Source of the DNA: Candidatus Saccharimonadota bacterium
Lineage (GTDB): Bacteria; Patescibacteriota; Patescibacteriia; 2-12-FULL-60-25
Direction: 5' to 3'
Length of the DNA: 32,000 nucleotides
Assembly (NCBI GenBank): GCA_016699205.1
Contig: CP064964.1
Span: 330,001 to 362,000, forward strand
Of the stretch, positions 14,031 through 21,938 are shown piece after piece. The number at the start of each line of letters is the position of its first letter. Position 1 is the stretch's first letter. The notes beneath the pieces were generated by a model. That model was given only the letters and a program-made list of their open reading frames with translations, searched no databases and was not told the DNA's origin. Made by a program: the position numbers and the translations under genes.

Positions 14031-15017
14031 TTAGAATACGAGTTTCCACTTCCCCTGCTCCATCATGAACGTGTAATTTGCGATTCCGCTTGAAGTGAAG
14101 ACCTCAATGTTGATAACTTGTGGAAATATTTCGCCCGAAATTACGGACTGATACTTGTCGATTCGCTTGATACTTCCGATGTAAACCGGTCCAGAAGAAA
14201 GATCGACCGGGGTGAAGTTCGTCTTATACGAGTTCACGTACTGATCCTGAGAATAGCCTGCCTTGATTTTATCTGCGGTAACTTGCTTATAGAGATTGCG
14301 CTTGTCCCCTTTTGCTTCAAGCTCGGCTACCTCGACGAGCGACTGCATAAGTCCCGGATCAAAGATGAGATCAATCTTGCCCGGGCCCTGGACCTCTTTG
14401 TTGATAACGCGCTTTACTGCCGGATGTGAGATGCGGATTCCGGCCTCCGAGGATACCGATGGGAAGGCAAACATACCGCTCTCCCCTGTCACGATACTCG
14501 TATCTCCCGAGATCAGCGTTGCGCCTTGGACAGGCATGCCGTTTGCGTCGACTAATGCACCGCTTACATCTTTTACCATCATTTTTTGACCTGGAGCGAT
14601 ATAATTCATCGTTTTCTCAAGAATCGATGTACCCCAGTTCAGCGTGAGACCGACAATGAGCGACAAGACAACCATTACGACAGAGAAATACATTGCATGA
14701 CGCAAATATTTCTTCTTTTTCTTGAGATCAGCGTTTTCGTCGGCGATTTTTCCAAGTCGGATGTTATTTGCAGCCAAAATCAGAATGATGACCAGAAAGA
14801 ACAGGAAGGACAGACCAAAAACCGGAGGCATAACCTGCGTTAAACGGTCGACCATGCTGCGCTCAACGTAAAGCAGCGCATCATCCTGGGCCCCGTTATC
14901 GTCCTCAACAACGACTTTATGTAAGCCGGCCGGAACATTTGGCGGCACCTCGATCTGCCAGGTTCCGTTTGGCGCGATCTCGGCTGTGCCGGTCGCGATG
15001 ATTGTTTGGTCGGCCAT
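14031..15017 (-). CDS. two-TM membrane protein with an N-terminal half Ig-like domain and a CarboxypepD_reg-like domain
   Basis: ATG at 15017 (MADQTIIATGTAEIAPNGTWQIEVPPNVPAGLHKVVVEDDNG). The ORF is open up to 15071, and the track lists a TTG at 15065. It has two TM helices (VFGLSFLFFLVIILILAA, AMYFSVVMVVLSLIVGLTL) separated by a KKKKK loop. VSGALVDANGMPVQGATLISGDTSIVTGESGMFAF resembles a carboxypeptidase-regulatory-like fold. Confidence 0.75.
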   Translation of the reverse strand: MADQTIIATGTAEIAPNGTWQIEVPPNVPAGLHKVVVEDDNGAQDDALLYVERSMVDRLTQVMPPVFGLSFLFFLVIILILAANNIRLGKIADENADLKKKKKYLRHAMYFSVVMVVLSLIVGLTLNWGTSILEKTMNYIAPGQKMMVKDVSGALVDANGMPVQGATLISGDTSIVTGESGMFAFPSVSSEAGIRISHPAVKRVINKEVQGPGKIDLIFDPGLMQSLVEVAELEAKGDKRNLYKQVTADKIKAGYSQDQYVNSYKTNFTPVDLSSGPVYIGSIKRIDKYQSVISGEIFPQVINIEVFTSSGIANYTFMMEQGKWKLVF

Positions 15018-15021
15018 AGTT

Positions 15022-17544
15022 TTAGTAAATAATGATACGAATATTTCCAACTCCGCCGCTTCCAAACAAGTTCAATGTACCGCCAACCGGAGCAATATTC
15101 TCGATCTTAGGACCATTTCCTGTACCCGTGGGCTGAGTCGATACTGTTGGCGGACGCGTTGGGTTGACAGGTGTATTCACCTGCACAGGAACGACGCCGT
15201 TACGCGAAGGGCGGGTGGTCGTGCGCGATGGAGCCGGTGTCGGAGCTGGCGCTGGACAAATCAACTCCGTTGGAATCGGCGTACCTTCCTCGCTCAAAAT
15301 ACGCGTTGAAAAGACCGGCGTCATCAAGACTTCTTTACCGTAAACTTCTTGTCCGTTGGACTCCGTGATTGGACGGAAATAGTAGAGTTTTCCAGCTTCA
15401 AGGCCATCGATTACGACCGCATGATAGGTATCATTGTGATTGTATTCTGGCGTAGAATTATCGTAACCGTAATTTGGACGAAGCGTCATATCAACCGATG
15501 TTTGCTCGCCGTAAACAACGCGCCCTGTGCCGGGACGGTTAGACAGCCAAGAGACGAGTACAGAATCCCCGTCAATCTGGTCAACGCGTACCGTGGTAGC
15601 GTTGATTTCAATAACATAAGAGGTTCCGCCGCCGCCAGTCGTAGGACAGCTTGTGACCGTAGTTGAGCTAGCGGTTCCAACGCAAGATGAGCCGTTCCAG
15701 GTCGTATTTACGCCGCAGAATGTTGCACCGGAAGGACAGACGCCTGTACCGTTCGCTACCAACCCGTAGACAACACGCGGCATCAAATTGTTACTCGTAT
15801 CACGTGAGTAAATAATAACCGGAATCGCTTCACCGTCTGCAAATGTTAGCGGACCAATGTTGAAATCGTATTGATTCGTCGAGGTTGAAACGTAGAACGG
15901 CGTGAAGTTCGTAGAGGTCGCAAAGGAGATGATTGTTCCTGAGAGCGTGACTGACCCTGCGCCACCGCCAGCCGAGTAGTAGATACCGTTAATGAAGATC
16001 ACGGTATTGTTAATATCAACGCCCACACCGTCATCACGCAGACCGAACTGTATATTCGTGGATGTTGCTGCAATTTGATCGTTGTCAGGCAATTTGTTGA
16101 TAACGTACGGCGGATCCGTATCTGAGGTATCAAAGAACCAGTTGTCGTCGGCCATTGTGTTAGCAACTAAGTCCTGACAAGCGTAAGCGCGCACCCAAAC
16201 GCGTTCATTTTGTGCAAAATCGGTAGCCGGGTTGATGACGTACTGAAAACCGTAAGAGATCGGGTTGATCGTCACGAATGCACTCGGCAAAGCGTACGTT
16301 GTCGTAGCCTGAGACTCGGACCAGACATCAAAAGCACAGGTCGTTGTAGCAACACCGACACCGGACGGACCTGCTGGGTAGGTTTTACGATCTTCTACGT
16401 TAATCGTAATATTCGTCGCGATTGAATTTCCAGCGCTACTTGCAGCCGGTGTTTCACTCACGACTTGCGGTGCAACCGTGTCTGGCTCCGTGGTAAAGTC
16501 AAAGCACTTGGTTAGCATCGAGTTAGGACCATTTGGTTCACCGAGCTGGTTCTGAGACGCCGACGCCAAGTCCTGATAGTTAGCAATACAAAGCTGATAG
16601 GCTTGGTTATAGAGCCAGTTTCGCGTATCCCCTACAATTCCTAGCGGGCTTGGCGGGTCGATGGTGGTGTTACAGACATTCGTACCCCAGACACCGGAAC
16701 AGGAATAAGCATCAAAACTTGTTGGAACAAAGTGCGTTGGAGTAAGTGTGAGCGTGCCAGGAGGTGTTGCCGTATTTACACCAGTTCCAACGCCGCCAGC
16801 ATTGTTAGCTGTAGAGGTTGAAAAACCTTCACCGTCGCGAGTATCGAATAAGCGGAATAAGTAGTTCGCATCGATAACGACACCCGTGGTGCCCGAGGCG
16901 ATGTTATTTGTTTCCGCGAATGGGCGGATCGTATCGGCCCAAAAGTGGACTTGAAAATCTTCTGCGCTGTCGAGCAAATCGACGCCGGCATTGGAAATAT
17001 TTGATTCCGTTGTAGCCCCAATGACGCCGATGTTTATATCCAAAGTTGCCGGACTCGAGGTTGCGCGCGCTAACGAATTTGGACGGCTTACCGTCCAGTC
17101 GACATTTCCAAAAGTCCCTGTACCGGAAGAAACGGATACCGGAATGTTAGCACCCGTAGAGAAAACGCGACCAACGCCTGGAGAAACCGTCGAACTCACG
17201 TTCTGACCGCTCCACGTGTTAAAAAATGAGCCCGTTGTTAGGTTGGAGGCCGTCGTGGTTGTTGACGGATAATCGATCCAAATATTGGCAGCCGTTGCTC
17301 CTGGACCCGTTGATCGGATTTGGATCACTGACGTAAACGTCTGACCGACATAGTAGTAGTTCAGGTCAGAACCATTTCCCGTGTTTCCATCACCCGTATT
17401 ATCAGAACCTGTTTGCTGGTTGGTTAGGAGCTGGAACCAGTCGGCTCCGGTTGGAGCGGCGGCTTGCGCCATGCCGGACATGCCAATCGCTAGCACAAGG
17501 CCGAGCGTGGCAAAACCTGCAAACCGTCGGAAGAGATGTTTCAT
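15022..17544 (-). CDS. secreted 840-aa surface protein (cohesin-like N-terminal module, Fn3/PAP-N-like module, Pro-rich linker, truncated Ig-like end)
   Basis: Signal peptide MKHLFRRFAGFATLGLVLAIGMSGMAQAAAP. I prefer ATG 17544; the track start is GTG 17562. VRVDQIDGDSVLVSWLSNRPGTGRVVYGEQ...YHAVVIDGLEAGKLYYFRP is Fn3-like. The linker reads APAPTPAPSRTTTRPS. The protein ends ...LNLFGSGGVGNIRIIIY*. Confidence 0.85.
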   Translation of the reverse strand: MKHLFRRFAGFATLGLVLAIGMSGMAQAAAPTGADWFQLLTNQQTGSDNTGDGNTGNGSDLNYYYVGQTFTSVIQIRSTGPGATAANIWIDYPSTTTTASNLTTGSFFNTWSGQNVSSTVSPGVGRVFSTGANIPVSVSSGTGTFGNVDWTVSRPNSLARATSSPATLDINIGVIGATTESNISNAGVDLLDSAEDFQVHFWADTIRPFAETNNIASGTTGVVIDANYLFRLFDTRDGEGFSTSTANNAGGVGTGVNTATPPGTLTLTPTHFVPTSFDAYSCSGVWGTNVCNTTIDPPSPLGIVGDTRNWLYNQAYQLCIANYQDLASASQNQLGEPNGPNSMLTKCFDFTTEPDTVAPQVVSETPAASSAGNSIATNITINVEDRKTYPAGPSGVGVATTTCAFDVWSESQATTTYALPSAFVTINPISYGFQYVINPATDFAQNERVWVRAYACQDLVANTMADDNWFFDTSDTDPPYVINKLPDNDQIAATSTNIQFGLRDDGVGVDINNTVIFINGIYYSAGGGAGSVTLSGTIISFATSTNFTPFYVSTSTNQYDFNIGPLTFADGEAIPVIIYSRDTSNNLMPRVVYGLVANGTGVCPSGATFCGVNTTWNGSSCVGTASSTTVTSCPTTGGGGTSYVIEINATTVRVDQIDGDSVLVSWLSNRPGTGRVVYGEQTSVDMTLRPNYGYDNSTPEYNHNDTYHAVVIDGLEAGKLYYFRPITESNGQEVYGKEVLMTPVFSTRILSEEGTPIPTELICPAPAPTPAPSRTTTRPSRNGVVPVQVNTPVNPTRPPTVSTQPTGTGNGPKIENIAPVGGTLNLFGSGGVGNIRIIIY

Positions 17545-17551
17545 AAGAAAA

Positions 17552-18358
17552 TTATTGTTCACCGTTCAAGTCAAGATTTTTCAGCATAATACTCAAATCT
17601 ACGGAGTTGATTACAATGTCCTGGTTAAGATTTGATCTATAGGCGTTACCCGTAACATCATCCAGGTCGAGCTCCGGCAAGATCAGGGACAAATCAACAG
17701 AATTCACAACATCGTCTCCAAGTGTAGATGTTGACGTCCCCAGATCATTGATATCACCACCAAGTAATCTCAAGTCACCGTAATAACCAGGGGTATTTGT
17801 GGCATTTGTGAAGTTCAGCACCGTTGTCGTACCCGTGTTCAACGTTACATCCTGTAAAATCTTGCGAAGGTGTTGATGTGTCTTGATACCTACATCATAA
17901 ACACCTGCGGGTGCCGCGAATGAGACTGATGTCGTGTATGTACCGTCGACGGAAGTTGTCGCCAAATACGCCATGCTCTCGACAATGACGTTATCCGCAT
18001 CTCCCGGGGTATGGAGACTCAGATAAAAGATGGCGTCATCATTCGTTGATGTTGCGCCTACACGAAGCTCAGGGACGGCCCATTGAATCGAAAGATTGAT
18101 ACCCGTCGCAGAAAAAAACCAAATGGTTCCGTGATCAAAAACAAAGTTTGTCGAGGTCGACTGACCAACGCCCGGGTGACCGATTTCCGCTTTGATGTCG
18201 TAGTTTGTTGAGCCGCCTGTATACTCCACAGGGCCTCCGCGTTCTTGATTTACATCAAAGTTGGTTGACGAAGCTGCAAAAACAAGGGCAGGAACTACAA
18301 TCATGCCACTGGCAACGATGGCCAAGAAACCGTACAAAAATGAACGTCGCGAGGACAT
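17552..18358 (-). CDS. secreted protein with a C-terminal dockerin-like module
   Basis: Signal peptide (FLYGFLAIVASGMIVVPALVFAASS). It has three S(T/S)N(F/Y) motifs. The C-terminus carries two EF-hand-like repeats, LGDDVVNSVDLSLIL and NLNQDIVINSVDLSIMLKNL. These fit the dockerin pattern DxNxDxx(I/V)NxxDLxx(L/M)xK. Confidence 0.8.
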   Translation of the reverse strand: MSSRRSFLYGFLAIVASGMIVVPALVFAASSTNFDVNQERGGPVEYTGGSTNYDIKAEIGHPGVGQSTSTNFVFDHGTIWFFSATGINLSIQWAVPELRVGATSTNDDAIFYLSLHTPGDADNVIVESMAYLATTSVDGTYTTSVSFAAPAGVYDVGIKTHQHLRKILQDVTLNTGTTTVLNFTNATNTPGYYGDLRLLGGDINDLGTSTSTLGDDVVNSVDLSLILPELDLDDVTGNAYRSNLNQDIVINSVDLSIMLKNLDLNGEQ

Positions 18359-18393
18359 GTGACTACGCGTGCAGTATACTACATAAAGAATCT

Positions 18394-18567
18394 ATGAACC
18401 AACCCCTGTCTGCTGAGGAAAAGCAAAAAATCCTCGATGCTTATAAACGTTTTCAGGGCGAGCTCCGGGATATCACCCATAACCATCGGGCAACGGTGGG
18501 TGAAATTCTGTCGACGATCGACAAAAAACAGATTGAGGCACTAGAACAACAAATAAAAAACGCCTGA
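18394..18567 (+). CDS. small hypothetical protein (57 aa)
   Basis: MNQPLSAEEKQKILDAYKRFQGELRDITHNHRATVGEILSTIDKKQIEALEQQIKNA looks helical and protein-like. TATACT (18375..18380) lies 13 nt before the ATG, and the stop sits inside a strong terminator hairpin. The longer listed ORF (18205..) overlaps the dockerin-like gene and looks spurious upstream of this ATG. Confidence 0.5.
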   Translation: MNQPLSAEEKQKILDAYKRFQGELRDITHNHRATVGEILSTIDKKQIEALEQQIKNA

Positions 18568-18582
18568 ATCAGGCGTTTTTCA
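18553..18582. terminator. bidirectional rho-independent terminator
   Basis: aaaaaacgcctg-aat-caggcgttttt is a GC stem flanked by an A-run and a T-run. It serves both the small plus-strand gene and eno (stop at 18569). Confidence 0.75.
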
Positions 18583-19834
18583 TCTCGATTTCTATCTCGA
18601 GCAGCCGGTTGTACTTTTCAACTCGCTCTGAACGGGAAAGCGAACCTGTTTTGATGTACTCGGAGCCGCATGCTACGGCAAGATCGGCAATAGTCGTATC
18701 CGATGTTTCACCCGAGCGATGTGAAATCGAGGTCTTGTAGCCGTTTTGATGTGCAAGATTAATTGCGGCGACCGTTTCTGATAGCGAGCCGATTTGATTG
18801 AGCTTGATAAGGATCGCGTTGGCGGCCTTTGACTCAATTCCTCGGCGCAGACGATCGATATTAGTGACAAAGAAGTCATCTCCGACAATGACTGACTTCT
18901 TTTTGAGTTCCGCCGTTGCCAGTTTCCATGCGGACCAGTCGTCTTCTGCAAAAGGATCTTCGATGGATTCGATCGGATAATCGTGCTGGAGCTTCTTATA
19001 GCGTGCGAGGAGCTCGTTTACCGAGTAATCACGACCTTCTGTACGGAATCGATAGAGCTTGGCTTTGGCGTCGTAGAATTCTGAAGCGGCGATGTCTGTA
19101 GCGATGGCGATATCGCGGCCGGGTTTGTAGCCAGCCATCTTGATCGCCTTTACCAATACATCAAATGCGTTTTCAATCGTTTTGAGCTTGGGAGCAAAGC
19201 CTCCTTCATCGCCAACGGTTGTTGCAAAACCTTCTGCTTTGAGAATTTTAGCGAGGACGTGGAACGTTTCGACGCCGGCACGTAAGCGATCAGCTTGTTT
19301 CTTTTGTTTTGGCACGAGCATGCACTCCTGAACATCGATCGACCAATCCGCATGCGCTCCCCCGTTCAGGACATTCATTGTCATGATCGGTAAACGGACC
19401 TCTCGATGGAAATTGAATGTCTTGCGCAAACTCTTCCAGAGCGGGAGTCGGCGGTGAACGGCGACGGCCTGAGCGCAGGCAAGCGAGACCGCGAGAATTG
19501 CGTTGGCGCCGAGCTTGGATTTGTTCTTTGTGCCGTCGAGATCGAGCATGATTTGGTCGATCTCCTGTTGTTTGGATGCGTCGAGACAATGCAAAACCTT
19601 GGCGATCTTTTTATTGACGTTGTCGACTGCCTTCAATACACCTTTGCCGCCATAGCGTTTGCCGCCATCGCGCAATTCCAAAGCCTCATGGGAACCGGTT
19701 GAGGCTCCTGATGGGACTTTCGCTTCAGACGAAGCCCCTGACTGCAGTGTCACACGACAAGCGACCGTAGGATTGCCGCGTGAATCAAGCACTTCTCTTG
19801 CAAAGACCGTTTTTATTTTTGTTCCTCCGAACAT
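18569..19834 (-). CDS. eno: enolase (phosphopyruvate hydratase)
   Basis: 421 aa. IKTVFAREVLDSRGNPTVACRV...VPSGASTGSHEALELRDG...SHRSGETSDTTIADLAVA are all canonical enolase motifs. Confidence 0.95.
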   Translation of the reverse strand: MFGGTKIKTVFAREVLDSRGNPTVACRVTLQSGASSEAKVPSGASTGSHEALELRDGGKRYGGKGVLKAVDNVNKKIAKVLHCLDASKQQEIDQIMLDLDGTKNKSKLGANAILAVSLACAQAVAVHRRLPLWKSLRKTFNFHREVRLPIMTMNVLNGGAHADWSIDVQECMLVPKQKKQADRLRAGVETFHVLAKILKAEGFATTVGDEGGFAPKLKTIENAFDVLVKAIKMAGYKPGRDIAIATDIAASEFYDAKAKLYRFRTEGRDYSVNELLARYKKLQHDYPIESIEDPFAEDDWSAWKLATAELKKKSVIVGDDFFVTNIDRLRRGIESKAANAILIKLNQIGSLSETVAAINLAHQNGYKTSISHRSGETSDTTIADLAVACGSEYIKTGSLSRSERVEKYNRLLEIEIEMKNA

Positions 19835-19912
19835 ATTGAATGGCAGTGGTTAGTGGTTGGGTGTCAGTATCAGAAAGCAACTAAAACCTGACCACTGAAA
19901 CCTGAAAACTAT

Positions 19913-20719
19913 TTATCGGATTTCGTAGGTGACTGTTACGTTGGCGTTAACATCGAGTTCGCCAGGCTGAATCTCCGGAGCAACTGGGGCGGCTTGAGCT
20001 ACAGCGTCGAGACGGCTGTAGTACATCGGGGGCACTGGCGTACCTGGAGTTGATTCACTAAAGCCGACAACGCGTACAAGATTTACACCAAGCGCTTGGG
20101 CAAGTTCGCGCGCTTTCTTTTCTGCGTCGGCAATCGCTTCTTTACGGGCGGCTTGTTGGATCACGGACGGCTCATCGATGGTAAAGGTGATGCCGTTTAA
20201 CTGGTTGGAACCGAGCTCCCCTGCCTTGGCGACAACGGCGCCGACTTGCGAAAGATTACGAACTTTAACAGTGAGATTCTGGCTTACACTGTAGCCGATA
20301 ATATTCTGTCGGCCATCGGTATACTCGTAGCGCGGGCTGATCGAGTAGTTGCTTGTTTGCAGATCCGCTTCTGCGATGCCGAGACCCTTCAACGCAGCAA
20401 TAATGGCGTTTACCTTCTTGGAATTATCTTCCTGCGTCATAGGAATATCGCGGCCTTCCGAAAGCAAACCAAGGTTCACTTGCGCCAAGGTAGGCTGGGC
20501 CGAGATTTTACCTTCTCCGGAAATAGTAATTGTGTCGCGTCCTGCCGGCTCAAAGCCGACTTCGCGTGCCTCGAGGACTGTTTTCCAGGCCTGAACGCCA
20601 AGGAATACGACGAGGATGATCGCGACTCCGGTCCACGCGCCGGACAGCATGCTCTTATCTTTTAATTCAGATGGCATATTTTTTGGAGGCATAAAATTAT
20701 TTTGCTCCAAGTATACCAC
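19913..20719 (-). CDS. SIMPL/DUF541-family membrane-anchored protein
   Basis: 268 aa with an N-terminal TM helix (WTGVAIILVVFLGV). ...LGIAEADLQTSNYSISPRYEY...IIGYSVSQNLTVKVRNLSQVGAVV...ARKEAIADAEKKARELAQALG matches the SIMPL (26-kDa periplasmic immunogenic protein) family by eye. GTG start. Confidence 0.8.
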   Translation of the reverse strand: MVYLEQNNFMPPKNMPSELKDKSMLSGAWTGVAIILVVFLGVQAWKTVLEAREVGFEPAGRDTITISGEGKISAQPTLAQVNLGLLSEGRDIPMTQEDNSKKVNAIIAALKGLGIAEADLQTSNYSISPRYEYTDGRQNIIGYSVSQNLTVKVRNLSQVGAVVAKAGELGSNQLNGITFTIDEPSVIQQAARKEAIADAEKKARELAQALGVNLVRVVGFSESTPGTPVPPMYYSRLDAVAQAAPVAPEIQPGELDVNANVTVTYEIR

Positions 20720-20739
20720 TGATTCGACCCTTTATCGAT

Positions 20740-21882
20740 TTATCGACGCTGAAGCACAACAATGCCAGGAAGCTTTCCTTTGAGACTTAGAAACTCGAGC
20801 ATAGCTCCCCCACCAGTCGAGATGAAGTCAAACCACTTGGCGGTTTTGGTTTCTGCGAGAATTGGCAGCGTATCTCCGCCACCGGAAACACCAAAGGCAG
20901 AACCCTTTGCACGCGTCGCGATCATGCGCGCCAAAAAGCGCGAGCCATTTCCACAAGGCTTGCACTCGGTCCAGCCAACGGGACCATTCCAGAGAATGGT
21001 TTTAGACGCGCCGATGATTTTTGACCAAGCGGCGAGCGTCGATGGTCCAATGTCGACGACAATGTCCTTTTTACCGATTGCATCGACAGAAACGCGCTTA
21101 AGTTTTGGATTTGCGATGAGCTTATCTGCGACCATGACATCCGACGGGAGGACGAGGCCGGTTTTTTTGAGCAGTTTTGCGGCTTCTTTGATCGAGGCTT
21201 TCTCCAAATAGGATTTACCGACTTGGAGTTTTTTGGCTGCGAGGAATGGCGTCGCCATCGCTCCCCCAACGAGGACCTGGTCACAGCGCTCAAGCAGCTC
21301 CTTCATAACAGGAATCTTGCTCGATAGCTTTTTTCCACCGATCACAGCAATGAATGGCGATGATGGCTTTTCCAAAAGCCGACCAAGATGCACAACCTCC
21401 TGAGCGAGACTTGGGCCTGCATAGGACGGAAGCATTTTTGCGAGACCGACAACCGAGGCATGCGCGCGATGGCAGGAAGCGAATGCATCGTTCACAAAGA
21501 AATATCCGAGTGATGCCCATGCTTTTACCAGCGGCACGGCATTTTTCTCTTCTCCTTTTTCAAAGCGGACATTTTCAAGGAGATGGATAGAGCCTGGCTT
21601 GGCTTTTCCAAGACGATCCGCAAGACGTTTGCGTTCCTCGGGTTTGGAAACAGACTCTGGATGAAAAGCGATGTCGAGTCCGTAGCGCTTCATGCGTTTG
21701 GCGAGCGGGCGCGTTGAGTGAAGCTTGTCTTTACGTTTTGGGCGTCCAAAATGCGTAAGCAAAATCACGATAGCGCCGCGCTTTACAAGCTGCTTGATGA
21801 ATGGAACTGAGCGCTCAAGCTTGAGCGAGCCCTCGAGACCGCGGGCTGCGGCTTCCGGAACATTCCAATCGACGCGTACCAA
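20740..21882 (-). CDS. pgk: phosphoglycerate kinase (5' end unresolved; probably begins at ATG 21938 in another frame)
   Basis: VRVDWNVP...ILLTHFGRP...NVRFEKGEEKN...FVNDAFASCHRAHAS...GGAMATPFLAAK...WNGPVGW...GGGDT...STGGGAMLEFL. The only in-frame start is a TTG that truncates the conserved first strand. See the pgk finding. Confidence 0.92.
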   Translation of the reverse strand: MVRVDWNVPEAAARGLEGSLKLERSVPFIKQLVKRGAIVILLTHFGRPKRKDKLHSTRPLAKRMKRYGLDIAFHPESVSKPEERKRLADRLGKAKPGSIHLLENVRFEKGEEKNAVPLVKAWASLGYFFVNDAFASCHRAHASVVGLAKMLPSYAGPSLAQEVVHLGRLLEKPSSPFIAVIGGKKLSSKIPVMKELLERCDQVLVGGAMATPFLAAKKLQVGKSYLEKASIKEAAKLLKKTGLVLPSDVMVADKLIANPKLKRVSVDAIGKKDIVVDIGPSTLAAWSKIIGASKTILWNGPVGWTECKPCGNGSRFLARMIATRAKGSAFGVSGGGDTLPILAETKTAKWFDFISTGGGAMLEFLSLKGKLPGIVVLQRR

Positions 21883-21938
21883 GATCGGTACGCCTTTTAT
21901 TTTGTGTTTTGGGGTAGAGTCCGGAGATTTAGCTTCAT

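Noticed and set aside
4085-18358. Prophage or phage remnant, suggested by the tail-fibre and S74 motifs
   Set aside because: There is no capsid, terminase, portal, baseplate, tape-measure, integrase or lysis gene. The locus is flanked directly by miaB and eno, and the proteins carry bacterial signal peptides and dockerin-like modules. I treat it as a cellular fibre that reuses phage-type folding modules.
19835-19912. Short direct repeats (TCAGGTTT / TCAGGTTTT) in the SIMPL-eno spacer, as a possible regulatory or sRNA element
   Set aside because: There are only two 8-9-nt copies, with no stable hairpin and no convincing -35/-10. This is indistinguishable from chance without comparative data.
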